64,000 nt of DNA from Camelus dromedarius (GCF_036321535.1 NC_087437.1:46874001-46938000), one strand, 5' to 3'. Shown: positions 1 through 12,269, counted from the stretch's first letter. Notes: generated from the letters alone by a model not told the origin. Numbers and translations: made by a program.

Positions 1-179
1 TATCATTAGTTATATTCAGTTCATTTAAAATTAACCACATCTTCTGTTCAGATGCTGCTGGAATTGACCTAGCATGTCTGCAGAGATAATAAGATTAAGG
101 TGAATGTAGTAATGAATAGTATAACACAGCCTAATTATATACCATACTCCCATTCACCTTAATTTGAGAAAAAGCAGAA

Positions 180-640
180 ACTGGATGGAATTCAAAAGGC
201 AGCAGATTGAAAATGGATAAAAAGACTTTTTATGCGATGTATAATCAGCTTTCAGAATTCACTGCTGCAGGATATTTCTCAGGCTAAAATTTAGTAAAGT
301 TTCAAGATAAGAATAAGAATGGCATCTGTGGGTACACTAGCTGGATGTGAATTTATGGAAGCTATCAATCCTCATGCTGGTAGCCATAAAATCATCACCA
401 GCTGGTGCTGGGATGGAAACCCTCCCTGTGGTACCCCTCTGCACAATTGGCCAGATGCATGATGCACTGCTGTTGTTGTACAAAGACAAAAGAACCCAGA
501 GAGCCTTAGGCATTAGCCTTTGCCAAAGGAAAGACTGTGCACATGATGGAAACTTTCAAGCAAGTCATGAGCTGTGGTCCTGAGTCTCACAGCAGCCTCC
601 TCTATCTGTTTTTTGATCAAATGGCATTTCCTTCGTCATG
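180..640 (+). mobile_element. Ancient CR1/L3-type LINE 3' end remnant (end of ORF2 plus 3' UTR)
   Basis: Contains 'ggcagcagattgaaaatggataaaaagac...gaattcactgctgcaggatatttctcaggctaaaatttagtaaagtttcaaga', 'aatcctcatgct', 'gcacaattggccagatgcat' and terminal 'gatcaaatggcatttcctt'. These resemble amniote/reptile CR1 3' ends in the expected order (recalled similarity). Confidence 0.6.
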
Positions 641-1574
641 GTAAAATACAATGATTCCTCCTTTCCACGGAATTTATTCAATGTTATCACAAAATTGGTG
701 TACATTTTATTTGTTAGAAATATAAGTCATCTCTGCTGTGAATATCCAGACCACCTTTCACTGAAAAGTGGCAGGTCCCAAATGTCCCCCTTTGAAAGTG
801 GTAACAATGGCAACGGTGGTGATTGGGGGCTTTTGTTAATGGACAGCATGGCAGGTCTATTTGTTGGCATTCTCCCTGACATCCTGAGCCCTTTAATTCT
901 GTCTGACAGATTCAGGCCATGCTCCAGATCTCAGAAAAGAGGTGAGAGTATTGATCCACCTGTTATTGTTGGTGATTTACTGTTCCATTGCTTTAGCAAA
1001 TTTAAACACACATGCACGCACATAAACACTCACCGCTGGGGTCACAGCTGCTAGATGGTAGAGTAATGAGTGATTATTTTCTTATCTCTCCTAAGCTCTG
1101 TAAGTAACTTCTCTTGTGGATTCATGACAGTCCTGCAGATTTAAGCCAAATAAATGGTATCTTTTCACCTTAAGGTCAAAGGGTTCCTAAACATGGTAAT
1201 AAATGCTTGTTGAAAATAGAAACTCATGCATATTGAAAGCTTGCAAAAAGCTTTTTTGACCATTCTATAGTTTAAGATAAATTTGAAAAAATGTGTAATT
1301 TTGGAGTAGTCTAATAAAGTGTTACCAAAAGGTAAACAACATAGAAGTTGTTGGTTTAAAATCATGAAGCCATTTCCTCTCCAAAGCTCCAGATGGTCAT
1401 CATGGAACTTTCCTCTTAAATGGCACTGCATTAGGACACTGCCAATTATAAGCACGTTGCCATTGCACAAAATGGTTTTTTAATGTATTCCACTCTTTCT
1501 TCAATTTTTTCCCATTGTTTTATATACTTACAGCATTTTTACCCTCAAAACATGATATGAACAAGTTGTGTTAT

Positions 1575-1968
1575 TGTATTAGTGTGCTCAGGCTGCCACA
1601 ACAAAATAGCTCAGGCTAGGTGACTTAAACAACAGAGAGATTTTATCACAGTTCTAGAGGCGGGAAGTCTAAGATCAAGGTTCCAGCAGGGCTGGTTTCT
1701 AGTGAAGATTGTCTTCCTGGTTTGCTGATGACCACGTTCATACCATGTCCTCATGTGGCCTTTCCTCTGTGTGTGCACAGAGAGAGCATGAACTCTGGCA
1801 TCGCTTCTTCTTATATGAACACAAGTCCTATTAGGTTAGGACTCCACTCTTACGACATCATTTAACCTTAACTACCTCCATAGAGTTCCAACCTGCAAAT
1901 ATAGTTAAATTGGGAGGTCAGGACTGTAAAATGAATTTTGGGGGGAACACAATTCATAGTCCATAGCA
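1575..1968 (-). mobile_element. MaLR solo LTR, MLT1A-like
   Basis: TG...CA ends. Contains 'tgtattagt..ctcaggctgccacaacaaaata', 'cacagttctagaggcgggaagtctaagatcaagg' and 'gaattttggggggaacacaattca..ccatagca', all typical of MLT1A/B in reverse orientation. Confidence 0.85.
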
Positions 1969-2069
1969 GCCATCTTATTTTTTTGACTTAATCCCCCCAA
2001 TTTTTTTGCCTATATAAAAAATATCCAATTTCCTCTGAGGTGGATGACACTCACTATTTAGATAAGTGC

Positions 2070-2270
2070 CAATTCTTAGTAAATTGAAAAATATATCATA
2101 GGCTCTTAAGGCAATTTCAAAAGAAGTTCTAGACACATGTTGGAAAATGTAACAGATTAAATAAATAGCTTCCTAAAATGACTATATTCTTACCTAGAGA
2201 GAATAAGTCATAAGAATTAATCATTTTTATTTGTTCATTTTGAACCAACTTTATATCTTACCAGTGCTTC
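2070..2270 (+). mobile_element. Ancient mariner-like (MARNA-like) fragment
   Basis: 'aggctcttaaggcaatttcaaaagaagttctagacacatgttgga...atagcttcctaaaatgactat' resembles the MARNA 3' portion. Confidence 0.45.
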
Positions 2271-2309
2271 ATTATTCAAGAGAAAAAATGTTGATGCCCT
2301 TCTGCAATG

Positions 2310-3900
2310 GCTGAATAAGCTCCAAAATAGCTTCAAACAGCTCTTCTGCTAATGACAACTATAAACTCTGAACAAAATACTAAAAAACAGTATCTTGAGG
2401 GCTCTGGAGAGGAAATAAGGCAGGCAGATTCTGAAAAGAAGTTGTCACTAGAAAAATGCAAATAGTACTGCCTTCTGTCCCTATATTCTGATAGGAAGCC
2501 CACTGTGTTTATGTCCTGAGGAATCAGGGAATGAAGCCAGCAACCAAAGATGATGGAGAATGGGAGGGAATCATGGAAAAGACAGATCCAGACAGGGGAA
2601 TCTTCAAACTGTGTGAATAAACTCTGCCCAGGTCTCTGGATAATCCTGAATGATGGATGCATGAAGAAAGCTACCAGCAGACCAGTCAAATGGAAAAGAA
2701 TTAAACTTAGATTTGAGCTGTCACCCACCACAGGTGAGCCAGAGTTTGCAGCTTGAATCTGAACAAGTTAATTGCCTGCAAAAACAAAAAAAGCAATACA
2801 TTTTGAGGAATATAGCAGAATCTAGAGCCTACACGGGATAACATTCACAATGTTTAGGATGCAGCCCAAATTATGTTACATGCAGGTAACCAAGAGAATA
2901 TGAGCCATCTTCATGGGGAAGGACAATCAGCAGAGCCCAACTCTGAGATGATCTGAAGTTGGCATTAGCAGACGACTTTAAAGCAGGTGATATAAACATA
3001 AAATCAAAGAGGTAAAAGAAAATACACCTTTAATAAATGAAAAGACAGAAAATGTGAGCAGAGAAATAGAATACATAAAAAATAACCAAATAGAAATTTT
3101 AGAAGCAAAAAATACAATATTAGAAGTTCAAATGTCACTAATTGGACTTAATAAAGGAGAAAATAGATTAAAAATAAAAATAAAGACACATAAAGACCTG
3201 AGATAGATCAAAATATCTAACATATGTGAAGCTGTAGTCCCAAAAGAGAAGGAGACTGAAGTGGACAGAAAAAAAATCTAAAAAATAATGACTGAAAAGT
3301 TCACAAATTTGGAGAAAGACAGATTCAAGAAGCTCAGCAAATCCCAATCTGAATGAGTCCAAAAAGTACCTCACCACTCCTCACCCTGCCAGGTGCATCA
3401 TAGTCAAACTGTTGGGAGGCAGAAGATAAGAAAATAAATCTTGAGAGCCAGAAAACATACATATATAGCATGGAATTTTCATCAGAAACTCTGGAGGATG
3501 AAGACAGTGAACAGTATCTCTAACTTATCAAAGCAAAACAAAGAAAACAACAACAAAAAATCCAGAATTCTACATCCAGCAAAAATATCTCCCAAGAATG
3601 AAAGAGAAAGAAACACATTTTACATAAAGGAAACCTAGGAGAATTAATCCCAGTATACCAACACTAGAAAAAATTTCTAAAATTCTTCAGGCTGAAAGGA
3701 TATGGAACTGGGGCAAAACTCAGATCTTCAGAAATAAACGAAGAGCACCAGAAATGGTAAGAATCTTAGTAAATGACAGGCTATTTCTTTAAAATACCCA
3801 TGACTATTTACAGCAAATTTATAATGGACATCAGAAAGGCAGGGAGAAAATGACCTAAATTGCAAAGTTTCTGCATTTCATATTAGGTTATATTAACTCC
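2310..3900 (+). mobile_element. Old L1 (L1M/L1ME-type) 5' region and decayed ORF1
   Basis: A-rich strand with ORF1-like text: 'aataaccaaatagaaattttagaagcaaaaaatacaat', 'agattcaagaagctcagcaaatccca', 'catcatagtcaaactgtt' and 'ccagaattctacatccagcaaaaatatc' (ORF track fragment SRILHPAKIS). Many stops and frameshifts. Confidence 0.8.
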
Positions 3901-4213
3901 AGCTAGAGAAAATATTTTGAGCAAAAGTAGAGTTTCCCTTACTGACATATTTATCCATTTACCAACAGGATTTTAGAAATTTTCATCCACATTTAATATA
4001 TTTTATTTATTTTTAAATTGTGCTTGTTTCATCAGTAGATATACTAAAAAAATAGGATACAATGGTAATTTTTTTAACTTCTGGGCAAGGATGACACAAA
4101 TGATTAAATGATTTACAAATAATTTGATGAAATGATAGAGTTAATTTATTCAACAAATACTCATGGAATGCAGTAATGGAAAAAATATATATATTTGGAT
4201 TCTCTCAGATTAT

Positions 4214-4235
4214 ACACACACACACACACACACAC
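4214..4235. repeat. (CA)n microsatellite
   Basis: Seen directly. Confidence 0.95.
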
Positions 4236-4239
4236 CCCA

Positions 4240-5060
4240 ATACCAGCTGGATTAAAAGCATATGAGGAGGGATGGAAACTTTACCTTTCAAGTGAAGACA
4301 TATGTCTTATTTTAAAACAAGACCCAGACAGCACTAAAAATGAAATAGTTAAGAAATAACAGATAAATAAGCATTTAAATTAGACTGTTTTGCATCAAGA
4401 AATATTAGAAAACACATAAAAGATAATTCACAAACTAAGAGAAGAAAATTAAAACTACTCCTAAAAATCAGCAAGTAAAAAAGAACTAGTTCAAAGGAAA
4501 AGATATGAACAGATACTCATAGAAGAGAAAACAAAAATGGTCAATTAAGAGGCAAATATATATCATCCATTAATAATCAAGGAGATTATAATTAGTCCAC
4601 AGTAAAGTAGCATTTTATTCCCATAAGATTAGCAAAAATTAAAATACCTGACAAGATCACATTTTAGTAAGAATGAAAATTAATGGAACTCATGTATTAT
4701 TATGAGAAGTAAATTCGTAAAGGCCACTTTAGACAGCAATTTTGCAATATCAGGTAAATTTAAGATGCAAATATGCTACTCTTCAGGAGTTTTACTTACA
4801 GACATATAGCTAGAAAAACTCTTGCACAAATGCACAATATCATATGCATAAGAATAATTACTACAGTGTTGTTAGTAATAGAAAAACATCATTGAAGGGA
4901 ATAAATCTATTATGTTATCTTCATAAAAAAGACTATTATATGGCAGTGAAAATGAAAATTGAAACAGGTGTTTTAGAGATCAACATAGGTGTATCTCACA
5001 AAACATAACACCAAACAAAACACAAGCTGCATTTATATAAAACTTGAAAACATGTAGTAA
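4240..5060 (+). mobile_element. Old L1ME-type ORF2 end/3' UTR; interrupted by the Tigger element and apparently resuming at about 9031-9140
   Basis: Contains 'agatatgaacagatactcatagaagagaaaacaaaaatggtcaat', 'ccataagattagcaaaaattaaaa' and 'gaaaaactcttgcacaaatgcaca'. Confidence 0.75.
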
Positions 5061-5385
5061 AACCTTGACCCTTGAACAACATGGGTTTGAACTGTGCAGG
5101 TCCAGCTATATGGGGATTTTTTTCCAATAAATACATAGGAAAACTTTTTGGAAATTTGCAACAATTAAAAAAATAAACAGATGCACTGGCCTACCCTAGA
5201 AATACTGAAAAAATTAAGAAGTTAGATGTGTCATGAATGCATAAAATATACATAGATACTAGTCTGTTTTATCATTTGCTACCATAAAATATATACAAAT
5301 TTGTTACAAAAAGGGAAACTTTCTCAAAACTTATGCACTCAAATACAGACTCTATATGGCACCATTCGCAGTCAAGAGAAGTGTA

Positions 5386-5815
5386 GCGGGCGAGGGTATA
5401 GCTCAGTGGTAGAGTGCATGCTTAAGAAAAATACAATATGATATCACTTATATGTGGAATCTGAAAAAAAAAAAAAGACAAACGAATTTATATACAAAAC
5501 AGAAACAGACTCACAAACATAGAAAACAAACTTATGGTTACTGGAGGGGAAGAGGGTGGGAAGGGATAAACTGGGAGTTCCAGATTTGCAGATACTAACT
5601 GCCATATGTAAAATAGATACACAACAAGTTTATACTGTATAGCACAGGGAACTATATTCAATATCTTCTAGTAACTTACGGTATAAAAGAATATGAAAAC
5701 AAATGTATGTGTGTTCATGTATGACTGAAGCATTAAGCTGTACACCAGAAATTGACACAACATTGTAAACTGACTATACTTTAATAAAAATATACACATA
5801 CTAAAAAAAAGAAAA
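5386..5815 (+). mobile_element. Chimeric insertion: 5' half of a tRNA-Ala-derived SINE (5386-5424) fused to a young L1 3' end with poly(A) (5425-5815)
   Basis: 'gagggtatagctcagtggtagagtgcatgctta' runs directly into the L1 3' end 'agaaaaatacaatatgatatcacttatatgtggaatct...ctgactatactttaataaaaa'. Flanked by the direct repeat aagagaagtgta at 5374-5385 and 5816-5827. Confidence 0.88.
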
Positions 5816-6108
5816 AAGAGAAGTGTAAACAAGTGGAAAGGACACAGTATTAAATCATAACTGCATAAAATTAACTGGAGTACATACTGTACTTCTGTAA
5901 TAATTTCACAGCCACTTCCTGTTGCTGTTGCGGTGAGTTCAAGTGTTGGGAGTAACTGCTTAAAATGTGGTGTGATGTTAATAATCACAGTTTTCTGTGA
6001 GCAGTTTTCTCTCCAGTAAATTGTACATGGCAGTAAAAAGTGATCTCTCACGGTTCTTATGTATTTTTCATCATGTTAAGTGTAATGCCATAAATCTTGA
6101 ATAGCACC

Positions 6109-7900
6109 ATGGGACCCATATGAAGTGCCACTGGTGATGCTGGCACTCCCAAGAAGCAGAGAAAAGTCATGACATTCAAGAAAAACTTAAGTTGTTTGAT
6201 ATGGACCGTAGATGGAAGTCTGCAGCTGCATTTGCCCACCACTTCAAGATAAAGCCAGCATAAGGACAAATATAAAAACAGGAAAAAGAAATTCTCGAAG
6301 CTGTCACTGTAGCTATGCCAGCAGATGTGAAAATTTTGTACCTCTTGTTAAATACCTTTTTACTTGCATTGAAAATGCAGCTTTTATGTGGATGCAGGAT
6401 TGCTATAAGAAAGACAAACGTATGGACTCTAATACAATATGAGAAAAAGTGAAGTCATTATATGACTACTTACAGCAAAAGGAAAGAGAAGGATGTAAAG
6501 CTAGGGAATTTAATGCCAACATAGAATGGTATGATAATTTTAGAAAGAGGTTTGACTTAAAAAAAAGTCAAGATAATAGGAAAAGCAGTTTCTGTTGACC
6601 AAGAGGCAGCAAAAGAGTTCCCAGATGCCATGAAGAAAATCACTGAGGAGAAAGGATATCTGCGTGAATAAATTTTTCATGCAAACGAAAGTATCCTATT
6701 CTGGAAAAATATTTCCAGGAGGACAGTTGTTAGTAAGGAAGAAAAGTGAGCATCAGGATTTAAGGAAGGAAGGGACAGGCTAATTCGACTCTTCGGTGCA
6801 CGTGCAGTAGGGTTTATGATCAGGACTGCCCTTGTCTATAAAGATGCTAACCCTGGAGTTTGAAGGAAAAAAAAACAAACACCAGCTGCCAGTCTTTTAG
6901 TTGTGCAAAAGAAGACCTGGATAATAAGAACCCTTTTGCAGGATTAGTTTCATTGATGCTTTGTCCCTGAAGTCAGGACAGTATGTTGCTAGTAAGGTAT
7001 TGCCTTTTAAAGTTCTTCTGATATTGGACAATGCCCCTGGCCACTCAGAACCCCATGAGTTCAACACTGAAGCCGTCAAAGTGGTCTACTCTCTCCTCAA
7101 ACTCTAATTTAAGCCTCTAGATCAGGGGGTCTTAAGGTCTGTAAGGCTCATTACACATGATATTCATGGAAAAGATTGTCATTGTTACCAAAGAGAACCC
7201 CGACAGAGACAACATCATGAAAGTTTGGAAGGATTACACCATTGAAGATGCCACCATTGCTACAGAAATGATGTTTTGAAAGCCATCGAGCCTGAAATAA
7301 TAAATTCTTGCTGAAGAAAACTGTGTCCAGGTGTTGTGCATGACTTCACAGGATTTATGGCAGAGCCAGTCAAGGAAATCATGAAAGAGACAATGGATAT
7401 GGCAAAAAAAAGAAAAAAAAAATGGGGTGGGGGAACTAAAGGATTTCAAGATGTGCATCTTGGGAGAAATTCAAAGTCAAATAGAAACTACACTAGAAGA
7501 ATTCATGGAAGACAACCTGATGGAGATGAGCGCTTCTGGGCCAGTGCAAGATGCTGAGGAAAACAATGTAGAAGAAGCAGTGCCAGAAAACAAACTGACA
7601 TTAGACAATCTGGCAGAAGGGTTCCAGTTACTCAAGACTGCTCTTGACTTTTTTAATGAGATGGACCCTTCTATGATATGGGCACAGAAACCAAAGCAAA
7701 TTTAGAAACATTTTTAGAGAAATGAAAAAGCAAAAAAGTCAGACAGAAATTACAATGTATTTCCATAAAGTTACAGCAAGTGTGCTTGCCTCTGCTGCCA
7801 TCCTTTCCACTTCCTCCACTTGCCCACCTCTGCCACCCTGAGACAGCAAGAACAACCTTTCCTCTCCCCGCTCCTCCTCAACCTACTCAAAATAAAGATG
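6109..7900 (+). pseudogene. Disabled Tigger (pogo/CENP-B-like HTH + DDE) transposase
   Basis: Manual translation gives PKKQRKVMT near the start, KVKIIGKAVSVDQEAAKEFPDAMKKITEEKGYLRE*IFHANESILFWK (about 6565-6710) and VLLILDNAPGHSEPHEF (about 7012-7062). ORF 7427-7705 is the acidic C-terminal part. In-frame stops and frameshifts are present. Confidence 0.9.
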
Positions 7901-8011
7901 ATGACCTTTATAATGATCCACTTCCACTTACTGACTAATAAATAAACATCATGCATATGTGTATCTTCATGTGAAAACCTAATAATGGTATGGCAAGAAC
8001 AATATGAGACA

Positions 8012-8180
8012 TTTCAAATTTTTTTATTTATTTATTTTTATTTTATTTCTTTATTTTGGCAGCAGGAGGGAGGTAATTATTTACTTATTTATTTACTTTT
8101 GGGGGAGGTACTGGGGACTGAACCCAGGACCTTGTGCATGCTAAGCATGCACTCTACCACTTGAGCTATAACCTCCCCCT
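8012..8180 (-). mobile_element. tRNA-Ala-derived SINE (camelid Vic-1 type), inserted in the Tigger element
   Basis: Reverse complement has an A box (tagctcaagtggtagag), a B box (ggttcagtccc) and an A-rich tail. TSD aatatgagaca at 8001-8011 and 8182-8192. Confidence 0.92.
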
Positions 8181-10269
8181 AAATATGAGACACTTTTGTG
8201 TTATCATCATTATCACCTAAGTATTCATCATGTAGAACATTATGTGCAAGACTTGTATGGAAGTGGTATTTAATATAAAATCAATCATGTGTTATTTTTC
8301 TTACTGTTTATAATTTTGCTTTCAAAGAATTAATGTTACTATACAGTATCCCTCTCTCCCTTATAATTGGAGAGACCACATATCAGCCTATCATCACAAG
8401 GAAGTGGTTTTTAAAAAAAAAAAAGTAACAATGTTTCCAATACTGTATTACAAATATGACTGTACTACTGTATATTATAAACATTTTGTAACAATTCACT
8501 CATTAGTGTCTAGGCCAGGCTACCATGAAGCTGTTGTATCGATTACACTAGGCTATCATAATGCAGTCATTGCTGTTTCTTCATTATCAGTGCAGGAATC
8601 ATTATACCCATAAATAAATATGAATTTCTTTTTCACTTTTGATGTCTAGTGTTAGTAATATGCATCACATTACAGTGTTTTTATTATATAAGACAATATT
8701 GATGTAGGTACTGACAGGCAATTCATCTTGTAAACAGATGATGCAAACTTAAGGTATTGATAAATACAGTACAGTACTCTAGATGTATTTTCTCTATGAT
8801 TTTCTTAATAACATTTTCTTTTCTCTAGCTTAGCTTATTGTAAGAATACAGTATATAATACAAATAACATACAAAATACTTGTTAATTGATTGTTTACAT
8901 TATTGGTAGGACTTCCAGTCAGCAGTAGTTTATTAATAGTTAAGTTTTGGGGGAGTCAAAAGTTATATGTGGATTTTCAACTGTGCAGGAGTCAGCGCCC
9001 CTAATCTCTGCATTGTTCCAGGGTCAACTGTATATTGTATCTGTATCCATATATCTATAGTATAATTATCAATAAATCCATACAACTGTAATAATAAACA
9101 CTTAATTCAGTACAGTGATTTTTTTTTTTTTTTTGGAAGCAGGCTGATGCAGTCAGGGAAGGATTCATTTCATAGAAGGGAGAATAGTCAGGAGGCTATT
9201 ACACAAGTCCTAGCAAGACAAGATCATTTGAACTAGAAAACTTTAGAGCTAAGATCTGAATCCTGCTTTTTATTTTAAATTTACCAATGGAACCTAATCA
9301 ATTAGAGATCTCAGACTTAATGGGCGAATGTGTCACTTTTCATTATGTGAGAATCCTCAAACTGAAGCTACACTTTCCTCATTATCAGACAGAAGGAGCA
9401 CCTATCTCCTCACCTTGTTGCAAAGCTATGTGACAGGACTCACCTCGCATCAGTTTTTATAACTAAACAAACCACAGAGTTATTTATACAGTGTTCACCC
9501 AAAACAGCAATGAGAAAATATATCAATGTAGTAGATTTTATGAAAGCTTAACTTTTGCTAAATATTTGAGTTACACAATTTTGGCAACTAAACAACTTTT
9601 TCTGCCTGCTTTTCTTTCTCTAATATATAGCCTTGAGAAATGAGACTTCATTAATATTGTTGTAAACTCAATATCTAGATACATCTATTCTCCTAACATT
9701 TCATTCTAAATATGAAAAATTGCTTATCTTGATATGATTTCCTAACAACAATTCTCCACACATATTTCAATGTGATGCCTGTCATCCAGGAATTTCAGAA
9801 TGTTTCAGTCACGTCAACACATTAAACATGTTTTATATATTTTATATGTATATATGTATTTTGCAAATTTTTTTGCAAGATAGTCAAAATTCTTTAGACA
9901 GTAGTTTATAAGTTTTTACAAGTGAAGAGGTAAGAAAAAAAAAAAAAAAAGCTCTTAGTCTCATTCCTTTCTCTCCATGAAGAAAAGCTCAAATATTTGA
10001 TTACTGGAGTTTCCTACATGCATTTGAATAAACTGATTTTCCAATGAGAAAAAAAAAGTTTAAAAACCACTGCTCTGCACATGCACTTGAAGTTGCAACT
10101 TAAATTTTAAGCATAAGAGCTTATTCAGGCATGGCATCCTGTGGGTCAATATGGAAGCCTATAGGTAATTATCCTACAGGAAGGTTCACTATTGGGAAAA
10201 TTATTTTTGAAGCTCAAGCTCTACAACAAAAATTATAGAGCATTTAAGGAGGACAAATGCTGCAAAAAC

Positions 10270-10883
10270 ACCCCACAGCAATAATCTGAAGACTTTACAT
10301 CAATGTAACGGAGATATTACATGTATTTTAAATTGCTAATTAGTGAAGACATCCAAGAAGACACAATTAGATGCATTAACAAAAATGATTGGTTTTTAAA
10401 AGAACTAATGTGAAGTCCAGTGAAAAATAGTCATTAAAAATTAGAACTCAGTAGACTATACATAGTAGAATGAACAGAAAATTTGTACTTGGAACAAAAG
10501 ACTGAGAAAATCTTTCAAAATGCATCATAGAGAGATAAAATACTAGAAAAAGTAAAGAAAAATTTAGGAGACATTGAAGATAGAAAGAGAAGTCTTGAGT
10601 CCATCTAGAGGTAGTCCTTGAAGATATGAATAGAAAGGATTGAAGTAAAAAGGTAATATATATTTGTTTTCTTGAGATAAATGAAAATATGTATCCTCAA
10701 GTTGAACTGGTTCATCAAGCAAGACTGAACAATAAAGAAAGGAAAGAAAAAGGAAGGAAGGTAGGAAGGAAAGAAGGGAGGGAGGAAGGACAAAGGGGGC
10801 CTAGAAATATTATAGTAAACTGCAGAATTTTAGGAAAAATCTTAAAGAAAAAAGACATGTAATCTAAAGAGAAATTAAAATTT
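10270..10883 (+). mobile_element. HAL1/L1 ORF1-like fragment, 5' part; continues at about 12270-12560
   Basis: 'gactgagaaaatctttcaaaatgcatcatagagagataaaa...ttaggagacattgaagatagaaagagaag'. Includes a (GAAG)n-like tract at 10735-10790. Confidence 0.6.
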
Positions 10884-12269
10884 TGTTACATATATATTTA
10901 TGGTCTCTATCTCCAAATTCACTCTTCATTACCTGCTATTTAGAAACAGAGATGGACCCTTTTAATATTTTTCTTGGCCAGTTGACATAATGCTGAGCTT
11001 TGTTGGTAAAAAGCACTGGAGAGACATGGGATGAAATAGAAGTTTTGCTTCCCAGTTCAATGTCTTGTCAGGTTCCTGCAGTACAGCCCAGGTCCTGCAA
11101 TACAGAGGGCTTCCCCAGAAAGTGGCTCCTGTAACAGCTGCAGCTTCCCCAGATCCCAGCGTCTGCAGTGCAGTGCAGGTAGCTTCTTCAGTGTTGTACT
11201 TCTACATTACAGATAGCTTCACCAGCACCGAGCTTCTGCAGTATCCCGTTGTCAGCTACACCCAACAGCCAACAGCTTCCCTTGGCAAGCCTCTTGGGTC
11301 ATGCCAAGTTAGAGAACAATTCACATGACTATTCTCACTTCTGTTAGCCCTGCAAAGTTTAAGATCCCCAAGATCACCCTCACTTCTTATACCAATTGCA
11401 AGTTTGGGGAGCTCTAAGACCACTTTTAGATTTGATAATTCACCAGAAGTACTCACAGAACTCACTCAAAGCTATTATACTCACAGTTATGGCCTATTAC
11501 AACAAAAGGATACTGATTAAAATCTACCAAGGGAAGAGATGCATGGGGCAGATTCCAGGAGAGTTCCAAACACAGATCTTCCAGGGTCTTCTCCCAGTAA
11601 AGTCATGGTCAGTGTTAACTTCTTTCAGCAATGATATGCAACAATATGCTATGAGTATTGCCAATCAGGGAAGTTCACCCAAGCTTTGGTGCCCAGAGAT
11701 TTTACTGGGTCACACAGACATAGTTGATCATCTGTGTGGCTGACCTTGGGCATGGAGGTTGAACTGATAACACATGGCCATCACACTTGGCTTCACACTT
11801 TGTTACCATCCAATATGGTAACAAAGATACTCTTGTCAGACAGGGCATTTCAAAGTCTTAAAGAATATATACCAAGAACCAAGGGCAAAGGCCAGACCAC
11901 ACTGCCACATTGATGGTTTCATTGCAGATTGCAACTGATGACATAATTCCCTATGAACAGCTTTCTTCAGCATCCTAGAAGGTGGATTTCCAGAAAGTTC
12001 CACCAGTGTGGCACCATGAAAACCTCTCTGGCATTCAGCAGTTGTGTACATTTCAGCAAAGTTCTGAATGTCAGCCCTGGCATTAGAAACCACTTCTTAC
12101 ATTTGTAGAAACCACTTCTTACATTTGCTATTTCTAGACTTTTTATACTTTGCTTTTCTTCTCATTATCTCATTCCTTGATATTCCAATCCCCTGTCAAA
12201 ATTAATGATTCTTTATATTAAACTTTGTCTATTCAAATTACTGTGTGGGTTCTGGACCCTGATGATATA
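10884..12269 (+). mobile_element. ERVL-type solo LTR (LTR33/LTR41-like), split by a MER21-like LTR
   Basis: 5' 'tgtt...tctctatctccaaattcactcttc'; 3' 'attaatgattctttatattaaactttgtctattcaaattactgtgtgg...ggaccctga'. Confidence 0.6.
11342..11909 (-). mobile_element. MER21-like LTR
   Basis: Contains 'ccccaagatcaccctcacttct..accaattgcaagtttgggg', 'actcacagaactcactcaaagctattatactcacagttatgg' and 'ccaagggcaaaggccagacc'. Confidence 0.8.

Larger units (their letters stand above)
5062..9030 (+). mobile_element. Near full-length Tigger2/Tigger2f-like DNA transposon (TcMar-Tigger)
   Basis: Left TIR remnant 'ttgacccttgaacaacatgggtttgaactg'; right TIR 'ttgttccagggtcaactg' followed by TA. Contains a decayed pogo-type transposase and two younger retro-insertions. 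Confidence 0.92.

Noticed and set aside
638..1054. 138-aa ORF as a gene
   Set aside because: No recognisable domain and no supporting exon structure; its length is compatible with chance in 64 kb.
6109..7900. Domesticated TIGD/CENP-B-like gene
   Set aside because: Multiple in-frame stops and frameshifts, and it still lies between TIRs. It is a dead transposase.
9899..10072. hAT-like MITE with cagtagttt/aaaccactg ends
   Set aside because: The termini are short and the interior is not recognisable enough to call.
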